A stretch of DNA of 64,000 bases from Oopsacas minuta. Lineage: Eukaryota; Animalia; Porifera. The stretch spans positions 10,525 through 74,524 of the forward strand of contig JAKMXF010000030.1 of the NCBI GenBank assembly GCA_024704765.1, given 5' to 3'. The position numbers and the translations under genes are program-made. The notes below the pieces were generated by a model. It was not told the origin of the DNA and did not search any database. It saw nothing but the letters and a program-made list of their open reading frames with translations. Position 1 is the stretch's first letter, and the number at the start of each line of letters is the position of its first letter. This document shows positions 1 to 12,478 of the stretch, piece by piece.

Positions 1-1083
1 AGCTGATTAATGAAGGTTAGTTCTATAATTAGCACAACAGCTGATTCATAATTCTAACATTTGATTGGTTGATAGATGTGAAAAGAGAACCTGTTTTGTC
101 AACAAATACAGAAATATCAGCTGTTAATTCTGAAAGAATTCCTCAATCAGCTGATGGTTAGTTATATGTTCTATTTATAGAAATATTTTAATTTGTGTGT
201 GTATAGCAGAGGTTGTGATTGGTCAGGAGGCGACAACTGGTGATCCAGAGGCTATAGAGGATAATATATTCCCAGCTGATCAGGACAATAAAGGTGTGAA
301 AATATGAATATTTAATTGTTTATTATTAATATGATATATCCCAGTAGACAGTACATCATCTTCAGGATCTGAGGAAATTGACATTGACAGTTTGAGGACT
401 GCGAGAGCTATTTATAATTTTACCGCCAGGAATGACAAAGAGCTGTCAGTTAAGAAAGGAGACATTCTTAAAGTTATATCTCTAACACCTGACAATAACT
501 GGTGGGAAGGAATAATAGGTGACAAAAGTGGATTTATACCCAGCACATATATAGTACTATTGGATGAGGTTAGTAGACTATAAGCTATTATATGATTGGT
601 CAATTAATATATTATTCATAGGAATCAGCTGATTTGACAGAACAGATTCCGATTGGTCCAGAAGAGGTAGAAGACTTCACAGGAACAAGTGAACCACCTC
701 TACAAAGCGGCAGTTTAGAATCAGGTGTTGTCAAGAATATGGCTAGTCATATGGCGCTTAAAGGAGCAGATGATATGAAATCTCTTCCGATATCATTCCC
801 CGCCCAAAATGTTGGGGTCTCCCCGCACCAAGCAAAGTTCTTTATGGGAGAAGTAGCACAGACTAATAAGGTAAGATTTCATTGGTCAATTAATTGCATA
901 ACAGCTGATTATAAATTCTATTAATAGATTCCCCCGCCTGTCCGCCAGAAGCCCAGTCTCCGGGACAAGAAGCCTCGGGCCATGACGTCCACAACCTCCC
1001 CCAAGCACCAGATCGGTCTCCTGCAGGAACACGCCCAGCTGGTGGAGAAGAAGAAGCAATTGAGACATGAATCTGACTCATAA
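1..1083 (+). CDS. 3' part of a multi-exon SH3-domain protein (5' end outside the window)
   Basis: Exon ~346-568 encodes an SH3 domain (ARAIYNFTARNDKELSVKKGD...WWEG...GFIPSTYI). Further exons at ~622-870 and ~928-1083 (IPPPVRQKP...HESDS*), with GT-AG boundaries. Confidence 0.7.
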
Positions 1084-1374
1084 TTGTGTATATTGACTGA
1101 GTGCTGCTGGTGTGTTTATTATTATTATTATTGTTATTGTTGCCTTGTATAGAAACGGCGATAGTTCCTATTTTGTTATTTATTAATACACTCAGCAAAT
1201 ACTAGTATAAAGGTGTGGAAATATTATTAATAGAGGATTCCTCTAACATTCCTATATATGTATATGGTAACCAGGGTAGATACGGATCATGTGTGTTATT
1301 TGGAACTTTGAATACAACATTGATAGCTCATGTCATTAAACAAACAAACAAACAAACAAACAAACAACAAACAG

Positions 1375-4300
1375 TTACTGAGTAGCGGCGATAGATCCCA
1401 GTACTTGTGATTTGCAGTAGACACAGGCTCCTGACTCTTGGACTAATCTGTCCGCACAGCTGAGACAAGCGACAAGATGATTACAGGGCTGTAGGAGTCT
1501 AACACGTGACCTCTGACCGCAGTAGAGACAGGTAGGGGTATCAGATGGTACCGGCGTAGTGTCCGATATGTCCTGTCTCCAAGGATTAGGGTGCTCTAGT
1601 TCATTACTACCTGACGGGAACCTATTTGATATATATGAATAAATTCACACCTCTATAGACTAATCAGAATAGAGGTGTTACTTACCCTGTGACCTCAGCT
1701 GATTGAGATTGTTTGACTAAACTCATTTCAATTACATCCATACGTCTCTTCATGTACTCTACTGTCTGTTGGTATTGGAGACAATTGGTCTCTAAGTGAT
1801 TGATCCTCTCCTATAAGTATGCATATATGATACCAAAAAGGTGTTAAGATATGATTAATTCTTACTCTAGCTTGCTTGAGCTGATCTCTTAGGATTTCAT
1901 TTTCAATACTATTCAGGGAATTAGCGCCTGGACTAGTAATTAGATTACCAGCTGTAGATAACAGCTGATTTCTAGACTGATTGATTAGTGTTTGAGTAGT
2001 CATATTAAGAGAGGATTGAGAACCATATTTCTCCTCTAACAGACTGTCCAAGAGGACGTGATCTGTTGGATGGGCCGGAGCACTGGTACTTAACAGGTCT
2101 GCTTGTATTCCTACAAACATAAAAAATTGTTTCTTTATTTATTTGTTTACAAACTTTTAAGATTCTAGCTTATATCATTTTCACACCTCCAGAGCTTATG
2201 TATAACTAGAAATTAATTAAATTACCAGCAGCTGATTGGTCTGAGAGGTGTATGAAGGGAGTAGCTATAGATGAGGATCCCTCTGTCCCCGCTAGGAGAG
2301 GAGGGAATGTTTGGTGTAGCTCTGTTAACCTGTTATATAAATATGATTAATTATTCACACCTATTAGCTAAAAATATGACAGAGGATATGTCTCCAGAAG
2401 TGTTAATGGATGAGACTACAGGTGGAGAGACGCTAGCCAACTTCCTGTCGTCTCTGGAGGAGATTACCCCAACTATACCAGACTCACTGACAAGTTTGTT
2501 TACAAATATTATTGTATACATATTATAACACCTGTATTTATATAGGCTATTATCTACAGAGGAGCGGATTCAGCGCTACGGACCCCCGAGTGGTGAGACT
2601 GATCTCCCTCGCAGCTCAGAAATTTATCTCAGAGGTGTCAAATGATGCGCTACAGCACTGTAAAATGACTGGCATAGGTCAAACCTCCAAAAAGAATTCT
2701 AAAGATAAATCCTACTGTTTGACTGTAGAGACTTTACAACCCGCACTAACTGATTACGGAATAAGTGTTAAGAAACCACCTTACTACTCATAGCAACCAG
2801 TTGGGTAAATGAAATGCGGAGTGTATTATTGGAATTTGTAGCTGTGTTGTTTGTTTTATTAATCAATATATAACACCTTCTTAACTAACCTCTGGTTAGA
2901 GTCCAAGTGTCTGTCTGATGAGATTGAAGAGGCTTCAGAATCTAACAGCTGATTCGTCAGCTGATTACCAACACTCATAGCATGCATTGCTTGTGTCAGT
3001 GACTCATGAGCAGTTTGTACTTTTATTGATTGGTTAGGAACCTTGAGAGGAGAGGTGTTTTGGCGTTTAATAACTTCATAAGCATGAGTAGGAGCAGAGG
3101 TAGACATATAGTCAGGCATTAAGGGACCCTGAGGTATCTGAGAGAAGGTTTGTAGGAATTTCTGTGCTGCAGGGCTAGTCGCTAAGATAGGCACTTTAGA
3201 TTCTAAATAGACCAATCAGATGTTAGAGTTACAGCTGTTATTCTCTTATAAACTAACCATTCAAAGCTTCAGAGAATGGGAACCCTTCAAGTTCAAATTC
3301 TAGAGAATTGATATCCTCCGCGGTAGGAGCTGTCCCTCCCTCCTGAGTGTCAGATAGGGAGCTAGCTACAGATCCAGAGTGCTTGGGAGACACCCCTAGG
3401 GCCAGTTCATCCTCTAAGGGGTCCTGTTTGAGATCAGATCCATGTGGCATAGATCCGCTAGAATATCTATAGAAATAGCCAATCAAATAACAGAGTTATA
3501 ATAGTATATAGAATACATACGCTATTCCGAGGTGTGAAGTCTTGTTACCGATTGGTTTGGGGAGAGAGGAAGGTGCTACTATGCTCCTGTGAGACACAAA
3601 CTCTCCCTCTGTCTGTCCGTTGAGGTCTAGAGAGACAGGAGTGGAGAGTGGGGCGCTAGTTAGTTCTCTGTGAGCGTTAAGCTCTGCTTCGTTATGAGCA
3701 AAAGCGCAGAAAGCTCCTCTAGGACAATATCTATAAATAGAACAGATAGAACAAATAGAACAAATAGAACAATCATTACGTTACCCAGTTTGCTGTACAT
3801 CATTACACTTAGTAGATTTATAAATCTCTACATGGAACTGTTGCTCTGTCCTTGTGTGACAATACAGACACTGATCAGACCCCTCACAGTGTCTGGGGTC
3901 TCCCCATTCGTCGTTAACCTTAACGCTAGGACAGGGGGTAGATCTGTACTTGTGTGGCTAAATAATCAGCTGATTAGATAATTAGATTAGCTATTATAAC
4001 AGCTGATTACCTTAGGGCTCCTTCTCTTGTCCTTATTATTATGGAAGAAGGGGCAGGCGTAACCCTGTCTACAGAGCTTGGGAGGTTTAGGGCAAGGTTC
4101 TGTCTTATAGTAAGTCAGAACAAAGCTGGAGTTCTGCCATCTGGGATCATCTGTCAGATAGCCTTTCTCCCTCTCCAGAGACCCGAAGAGACCTAGTGAT
4201 AACCAATAAGATAATATTCTTTACATTCCAATGAACCTATTCCCTCACCAGGTCCCGCCTCCTCCTCGTCCATATTCTGTATCTCTCTGACGTCACACTC

Positions 4301-4935
4301 CGGTTTCCTCATGTCATGAGTCCCGTGAGCAAAAGCACAGTGTACTCCATTCTTAACACAATTACCCCTAGCATCTGTCTCGTGTACACAAGTACTCGTC
4401 TTATAGTATCTATTTATTGTATCATAAATATTATAGGTGATAAAATAATCACATACCTGAGGTGATATCTCCTCTCTGTGTCTCCAGCTGTCCTGTGTAA
4501 GAAGGTACACTCGTCTCCCTGAGGACAGACCCCTGTATTCTCATCATAGAGGTTACAATAGTTATCAGCTGAGTGATTGAAGTGTCCGTCCTTACGTCTG
4601 ATGGGTCTTCTCCTCCTCTGGTTCTGGAAGTGCCAGAAGAAACAGGTAAAGGGTCTTGAAAGGTGTGAAAATATGGATATAAAGGTGATAACTTATAAAT
4701 ATAATACATACCTGTGTTGGGAGCATTTGTGCTGAAGAAATAGAGTGCATTGCTCTACTCTAAATTCTGTCAAATATTTGTAGTGAAAAGGTTTCTCTAG
4801 GGTAAGAGAGGGTGCAGGGATGAGGGGAGAGGAGCTGCTGGTGGGACTCCCTATGGTTAGGGGTCTGTCTATGCCTCCAGGGATCAGGGGAACAGATTTG
4901 GTGAGGAATTGGTCCTGAGAAGGAAATAGGCTCAT
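1375..4935 (-). CDS. UNK: Unkempt CCCH zinc-finger / RING RNA-binding protein
   Basis: Spliced product has [29 protein letters not shown]|[23 protein letters not shown] and [30 protein letters not shown], matching unkempt ZnF1-3. C-terminal coiled coil and RING (CLYCGQ...[13 protein letters not shown]...CVYC) end at TAA 1377-1375. Phases around exon 2329-2226 are consistent. Confidence 0.92.
2376..2793 (+). CDS. TAF10: TFIID subunit 10; exons 2376-2493 and 2546-2793, 121 aa; nested in an unkempt intron
   Basis: [10 protein letters not shown]|[39 protein letters not shown]...[12 protein letters not shown] matches TAF10 closely. A 52-nt GT-AG intron restores the frame. Confidence 0.95.
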
Positions 4936-5123
4936 AATTGTAAATCTAATTCTAAATGAAAACCAGATATTTATAACTACAACAGCCAATCAGATTTCTA
5001 GCTGAAATACTGCTGGATTTATGTTTGGAATTATTACAGAGGTGTTATGTGATTAATCTTATTAATATAGCACCATAGCAACTAATTGGTATGTACATAT
5101 GCTATTTATATAATAAAGGAATT

Positions 5124-5597
5124 CTAGTTTGCTTGACAACAGAACCTCTTCAAAGGTATGTGACTCTGTAACCATTTAATATCGCCATTCCATTCCTTCA
5201 GGAATGTAACTACATTCTTATTGGTCAGGTCGGGAGCTTCGAGTCCAATCGTAGAGAATAATTCCATTTCTCTCTCAATTGTCATTCTAGTACCATCTAG
5301 TTTACAGCTGCTCTTATATGAATATTTAGGTGTTAGTTCCGGTTTAAGTTGAGTGTCAAATCTTAGCAAATATCTCTCAATCAGCTGACATATTTCTGAG
5401 ATAGAAAACACCTCTTTTGATTGGTCCATTTCTGTCTGAAACCATTTGAGTTTGTTTACAATAAAGGTGTTAGAAATATATTTTGTTTGTTGTTGTTTTT
5501 CTTGTTTATTTTTGTGAATAATTTTCTTACTAAGCTGTTTAAGCTTCCTGGAATGTGGATGTAATTGTTTGTTTGTTTGTTTACCTTTATTTCCCAT
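5124..5597 (-). CDS. TMA16: Translation machinery-associated protein 16, single exon
   Basis: Motifs HPHSRK, KLKWFQ, CQLIERYLLRF, EREMELF..GLEAPDL, FLKEWNGD are in TMA16 order. Confidence 0.88.
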   Translation of the reverse strand: MGNKGKQTNKQLHPHSRKLKQLSKKIIHKNKQEKQQQTKYISNTFIVNKLKWFQTEMDQSKEVFSISEICQLIERYLLRFDTQLKPELTPKYSYKSSCKLDGTRMTIEREMELFSTIGLEAPDLTNKNVVTFLKEWNGDIKWLQSHIPLKRFCCQAN

Positions 5598-5808
5598 TTA
5601 GCTATCAAATACAAATATTATCAGCTGACTGAGGTGATTAATCATAAAAGAATAAATATATTTAATTATTAGAATTATTAGATTTGTTACATTCAAAACT
5701 AAAATACAAAATACACAAATACACAAATAAACAAACAAATAAACAAATAAACAAACAAATAAACAAATAAACAAATATTCACACTGTTTGTATTCAGTAA
5801 TCAACCAA

Positions 5809-7101
5809 TCACTTTTTTTTCTTGTTTCGTAATTTTGACGGGGACGTACCTGAGAAGGGAGGAGGTGGTACAGGGGTCAATTCTGATTGGTCAGGGACAG
5901 GGATAGGAACATCCCTGGGTGTTAGTTCCGGAATATCTGTGATGTTAAGTAAGGAATCTGATTGGTCAGATTCTGAGGTACAACTTATCGTATCAGAGGC
6001 ACAACTCATAGCTTTTGATTGGTCGATACAAGAATAAGCTGGAGGTTCTGGTCTATAGTTTGCATCTAATTGGTTAATACTAATCTCTCTTTCCTTAAAC
6101 AGCTGTTGATCAGCTGCTGTCTGTAAGAAAGGGTGTCCTACCTTGGGGACAGATCCCATACTGATGGTCTCACGGGCTGGCACCTCTCGGATAACTGACT
6201 GGAGAGAAGGATTTGATTTTTTGGCAGTCATAGGATGAGGTCTCGGTTTCAACACAGGAGATTCTATTTTGGTACTAAATGTCTTAGACTTTGACATAGG
6301 GGGCAGTTCCTGTGAGACAGGGGGTCTACCCAAATTACCAGACCCTGTCCTATTCAATGGGTAGGGGTTAGGATCTATAACAGGCTTAGTCAGAGACCGA
6401 GCCAATTTTAAAGAGGACAGTTCTCCCTTAGCTACCTCCTCCTGATGATTTGCTAAGCTCTTGTCCTCTTTCTCCTGTAACATAGCTGCCATTTCTTCAT
6501 CCTGGAGCTGTTGTGCTAACTGATCGTCACTTCGAAGCTCCTGAATCCTAAACAACCAATAAGAATAAAGAGTTTATACTAGCTGGACCAGGGATATGTT
6601 ACAACAAAATGCCAATATTTCACATTACATTCCAGTGTTACCATGGTTACTACAGTATAGTAATGATATGTGTTCTATACATGTATTATACCTATTTTTG
6701 GTGTGATTGAATCCGATCAGTTCTCTGGATAACCAAGTCTGTACTCCTGTAGTATCTCCTGTCTCTTTGTCCTGTAGCTTATTAGCTAATGTCATATCCA
6801 TCTCCTCTCTCTTCAAACGCTCAGTCTCTGAGAGTTGTAAACAAATAACAAATAAACAAACAAACAAACAAATAAACCACTAACCGACTATTTTGTTAAT
6901 GGTCTCCTCTTGCAGTGCCACTTTAGCAGCCACTCTAGACCCAACAGTCACATTTTGGTGTCGTGTCTGAGAAGAGGACACATTAGCCCCCTTGAGGGCA
7001 GAGAACTCATCGGTCTGTAATCTCTCAGCAAATTCAGAATCGGCGATTTGTTGGAACTTTATTTTAGCCTCAGAGGGGCTAACTATCTCATCAGTAGACA
7101 T
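5809..7101 (-). CDS. CCDC50: CCDC50-like coiled-coil protein, 3 exons
   Basis: Repeated D..A..LQ.EE motifs (ADSEFAERLQ, DMTLANKLQDKE, DDQLAQQLQDEEMAAMLQEKE) followed by a Pro-rich tail. Exon phases join correctly. Confidence 0.5.
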
Positions 7102-7203
7102 AAGCTAAGAACCAATCAAATATCAGTTAATAGACCAATAGGATCAGATTAGTACTCATACAGTAATCTAATTATCTAATATTAGAGAATTCTAATCAAT
7201 AAA

Positions 7204-9194
7204 TTAAGAGATAGAACAATCTGGTTTGGTACGACCACTTCGTGTCTGTGACACTTTGGTTTCTGCCACTTCTGTGCCATATTTATTCCTCAATAAGTGA
7301 GGTGTTAACAGCTTAACCTGCTCCATAACCGCGTGGAATGAGTCTCTAACACATAACCCAGTCTTAGCCGAGGTTTCCATGAATGGGGACCCAATCTTTG
7401 AGCAGTACTCAATGACCTCATCGACAGGAACCTCCCTGTACTCGTCAAGGTCCTTCTTGTTACCACACACAACCATTGGGATCTCATCTGGATGTTCCTA
7501 GAGGTATAACTAGTAAATAACAACAAATGAAGTATGTCTGGGTTATGACTATAGTTCATATGACGTCAAATAGTAACCAATCAGATTTGAGGGTATAAAA
7601 GCGGAAATAGGCATAAAACTCATAATTGGATTAGTCAATTAGAGGTGTGAAATGGCGGAACAAGATTTCGAATACGAAAATTTCAAACAGTTACATTCTT
7701 CTCAAAGTATGAGTGATAAAAAGTGTCGATGTGGCGACCCCCTGCGGAGGTGGCGGGTCCTAAAAGACTCCCCAAACAGAGGGCGGGTGTTCCTACAGTG
7801 CCAAGGGGCCTGGCCACAAGACCCGAGCGGTCTGTCCGCTTTCTGTCTGGATTGGCACTGGGAGGATGAGCTGGACCCTGTACCAGATGTATTCTCTTTC
7901 AGAGAGGAGTACCTCCTACATCCAGACGCACGGGCCTACTTCTACTCTCAGGATTATATGAAGAGGAATAGAATTAAGATTCTAGACCTGACAGGATCAG
8001 ACGGTTAGTTCTATTCACATTACAATCAATCCCCAATAATTTCTATATATTCGTGTTTCATATTATATCAGGAAATTACTGCATACTTTCCAACTGTCCC
8101 GCCAAAACTATGTTATGGTAATATATATATTTATATTTCACACCTCTGTAGTGTCAGAAAGAGGCAATATTGGAATAGTGAGAGCAATGGTCCATAGGGG
8201 TAAGAGATACAGTTGTCACACACAGACAGAAATTACCCTAATGGATGGGTTAGATGAAATTATTGACTTCTCTCTGAGATTGACACCTCAAGAGTCCCCT
8301 AAGGCGTCACCTCTCTCCTCTCGTTCCTCCGCAAGGTAACATTCTTATACTATTCATAATAACCTAGCAACTGACAGGAATGTGTGTTTAGATATACAAA
8401 CAGGACAGATTCAGGAGACGAGGAGATTAGTGTAACAGATTACGGCGGGGACTCACAGACTGAAGACCAGCTGGATTAGAGAGAGATCTCATTGGTCGAT
8501 GATAAGAATAAAATATTGATACTATTTTTAGATTTGTCACTATTTATAGAATTGTAGTTTAGTTTGTTACAGTACACAATAAACGATTAATTGGTTGCTA
8601 TGGTTACACAATATAATAAGTGTTACATATTTGTTGTTATTTACCTTTTCCTGCTCAATCTTTTTCCTCAATTCTTTCAGCTCCAACCAGGAACTAAGAG
8701 AATTAATTGAGTATAGTGCTAGATAGGCATCTCCCTCAGCCAATGAACTGTCTCTGTATTTAAAGAATTCCTCCTGTCCTGCTGTGTCTATTATTTCTAT
8801 GTCAAATACTTTACCAGAATGTGAAATTTCTGTTACATATTTCTCTTCTACCTATATATACACATTTGTAACACCTCTTAAAATGTTATTATACCAAGGT
8901 GGAGACAGAGGTCTTGTCGCCTAACACCTTGACTAATATAATTAATGTATAATAATCTCTGTTATACAGAAATACCAGCTTATATCTAAGTGTGAATTTG
9001 GTTATATGGAACTGATATCACGGTCCCTTGTGCTTCTATATAACTGAAGTATAATTAGAGGTGTTACTTACTGTAGGATCATAGTACTCAGGGAACCTGT
9101 CCTCCAGGAACCGGATAGTCATAGAACTCTTCCCGACACCTCCTGACCCTACTACACAGACACATAGCCTGGGGTTAGGATAAGGTGTAGCCAT
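7204..9194 (-). CDS. Ras-family small GTPase; exons 9194-9072, 8851-8645, 7497-7204; 207 aa
   Basis: G1 GSGGVGKS, effector YYDPT|VEEKY, G3 DTAGQEEF, G4 NKKD, G5 ETSAK, CaaX CSIS. Both introns are phase 0. Confidence 0.9.
7652..8479 (+). CDS. GRF-type zinc-finger protein; predicted exons 7652-8003, 8152-8335, 8392-8479; nested in Ras intron 2
   Basis: CRCG...SPNRGRVFLQC...CLDWHWED fits zf-GRF. The three exons total 624 nt and stay open in frame. Exons 2-3 are less certain than exon 1. Confidence 0.68.
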
Positions 9195-9209
9195 CTAATA
9201 GATAATGAT

Positions 9210-9247
<38 letters not shown>

Positions 9248-9452
9248 CTACAAATGGTGATTATACACATATTACGTAAATAAATATAAACCCAGGAAAT
9301 ATTATAAAAACACAAACAATAAAATAATTAAGAAATTCAGTCAAAAATTCGGAATCTACAAATCCAATAGAAAGTTTGTATAAACACTAATACAGAGGTG
9401 TTATGTCTACTACAGTAGTAAATAGGAATCCTTTAGCTTATGACACACATCT

Positions 9453-10419
9453 CTATCTGTAAAGGTAAACAATAATAAAAACAAAATAGACTGTATTTCC
9501 CTGAATAAGTTCCCGCTGGTTATTCAGGGAAATATTGTACTCCTAACAAACAATTACATACATGTAATTCTTAGAAAGAGATTGCATTTCTAGATTTTCC
9601 CAAGCATCGTCTTGTTGCTTACTTTCCTCCTCGTCTAGTAAACAAATAAATAAACAACAAACAAACAAACAACTAAACAAACAACTTACATATAGCATCA
9701 ACAGACTCTAGCTTAGCATCTGGTACTTTTTTCATTATAGCATCATCCACCTGTTCTAACCTAGCATATGCATCTTTTAGTACTCCTTCTATTGATTGCA
9801 GAGCTGACATATACGCATGTTTATAATCTGACAGTTCTCTCACCTCTTGAGTTAACTTCTCTACCATAACCTGTATACAATAAGCTTAATGTATATACAT
9901 CATTATATGAGTAATTGTAACACCTTCAATCCAGTCTTCCTGTGCTGTTTGAGTTCCTCTTTCTTGGGTATCAGCATATACTCCAGAGATGATATATTAG
10001 TCTCAAGTTCTTGGTTACGGAACTTACACGCAACTATTCTACCAACCAGACAATTCCTGTACAGCTGTAGGCTCTAATAATTATTAATAATATCATAAAT
10101 ATGTATAAACCCTCAAATCTGATAGGTAGACACATTAGGCGCTTATGTGAGGTTATATTGTCTATCTATAACACTAATGAACCATGGATAATCTTACCTT
10201 TACAGCTAATGCATTTAGGTCAGATAGATATGTCTGATGCACTTTATAGAAATCATTAGTAATCAATCCTGCACATTCCTGAATAAGGTCTATAACACTA
10301 GAAGTGTGTTGTGTCTGATTCAGCTGTCTATTTATCTTTTCGTCCCAATTAATCACATTATCTCTTGACGCCTGATAAGCCTTGTCAACTGTTTTCTATA
10401 ATACACACGTGTAAACAAT

Positions 10420-10452
<33 letters not shown>

Positions 10453-12004
10453 AAAAATATGTAAATAACAAACATTATGTTTCGCAGCTTCTTTTCTTTG
10501 TAAATCTATTTTCTTAGCAGACTCCCTCAGCTGTAATAATCTAGCTTCTAATTCTTCTTGTTCATTTCTATAATTAAATTCATATATTTAGCAATTATTA
10601 GTAATAAAACAAATAAACAAGTAAACATACTTATTCTTCCGCAGCTCTAAATTCTGTTCCTCATCTAACTTCTCATAATGTTCCTTAGATTTATTGTATA
10701 CCTTATCCAGAGTGTTTGTTGATTTCTCTATTCGTGACAGATCATCACGGCAGTGATTCTATAAATCAGAAGTAAATAACAATAATTAACACCTGTATAA
10801 TTAGAATAATACCATGAGGATATTAATCTTATTCTTCTCTGTGTCAAGAGTCTCACTTATTTCTTTCTCAAACTTCTGTACAGTTATATGTCTATTCGTG
10901 CGAGCTACTTCAGTGTATCTCTTCTCTGCTAGTGATTTTTGTTGTTCTGCTCTACCCACACTAACCTCTGTAAATAACAACAAATAATTATCGGTTTTTT
11001 ATATTAGCGGGCAAATTACTGGATAATAACAAAATGTTAATATGTAAACAAGTAAACAAAAATTACCAATCTTCTCCATAGCGTCACTCAAACACTTCTC
11101 AGCTGTATCCAGGTCTCCATTCTGTAAACAGGCTTGTCTCTGTTGCCTACACATATTAGCCTCCTTCAACAGTTCGATGGAGATATAGGATACATCCACC
11201 TGATCTCCAGAGTAGCTGTTAGTTTCCTGGAATATTGAAGACAACTTATCGAATACAATGTTTGAGTTATTCAGAGATGTCTCTCCACTCTTTGCGATCA
11301 AGGCAGCATTATTAAGAATATCTGTAAACAAATAAACAAACAAATAAACAAATAAACAAATAAACAAATAAACAAACAAATAAACTTACCCAATAGGTTC
11401 TGAGCTTTCTCCTGCTGTATTTGATTGCCCTGATGACTGACAACATATTTCAGATATTTTACAAACTTCCTGAATTCCTCATCTACATAATAAGGAAATA
11501 AATACTGACACAATTCTAACACCTACCTACCATTTGCAGAGGTAGCCTTTACTCTATCTTGAGAGGAGGCCAGCAGCTCCTCGTTCTGGAAGAAGAGGGT
11601 AGCCTTCATCAGCTGGGGAAGACTCTTTATCTAGAAATAGAAATAAAGATATGTTAACTAAATTTCAATCTTAGAATTCTCCAAAAGATTAGAAATTCTT
11701 GGAGAATACCATAGCAACGTAATCTATGTATTGGTATGTAGCTTACAGCTGAGATATCTTTCCCCTCATTCTCCTCAGGGGCTTGTAGGGCTTGTGTGTA
11801 CTCATCGTAGGTACAGGCTGGCTTCCTCTCCTCATGCCATTGATCCAGTACAATCAGCTGATCATTAGTTGCTACCTGCTCCCCTGCTGTATCCCTGGTG
11901 GTACGAGGGGTGGGTGTAGGGTGAGAGGGCTCGCTCGTGCCCTGAGACTGTCCCTCAGGAGTCTCTACTAAAGTGAATTCAGACGTCTCTAATAATTCTG
12001 CCAT
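9453..12004 (-). CDS. Paraflagellar rod (PFR1/PFR2)-like coiled-coil protein, about 11 exons, ~560 aa; last few codons uncertain
   Basis: Exons 12004-11747, 11630-11531, 11482-11390, 11321-11067, 10967-10813, 10758-10631, 10567-10474, 10395-10198, 10073-9924, 9870-9690, 9634-~9562 all join in phase. Collinear motif matches to remembered T. brucei PFR2 (see findings). Confidence 0.72.
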
Positions 12005-12478
12005 CTATCAGGTGCTAAGTGAAATAACGACACATTAATAAGTAGGAATTTCACAAATATGATTACTATAAATTTCCAGCGCCAAAAATATAAGAATAAT
12101 AAGATGATTAGTTTTGTTGCTATGGTAGATGGAATTTGATATTACAACTCTCTGAGCATATAATGTGATAATTATGTAATATTGTAAGTAATACTCTAAA
12201 TATAGAACTATGTAGCTATTAGTTCTGGTTATATCTCCTGGGCTAACACCTCTCCTAGCTGTGAGACAACAAGCGAGACAGAGGGGGCAAGAAAGGGTAC
12301 CAATTCCAGGGAATTATTTTCAGTAACTAATAAAATTATTATAAGAGTTCTCTGTACTTCCTTATAAGGAAATATTCAAATAAACTAAGCCACATTCCAG
12401 AATATCACGTTAGTAACCAAGACCTGATATATTTGTGAACAATTATTGTCCTGGTCAGACATAATTGGAGTACACCTG

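Noticed and set aside
9453-12004. PFR-like gene as kinetoplastid contamination
   Set aside because: It has about ten short spliceosomal introns with the same microsatellites as flanking animal genes, whereas kinetoplastid genes are essentially intronless.
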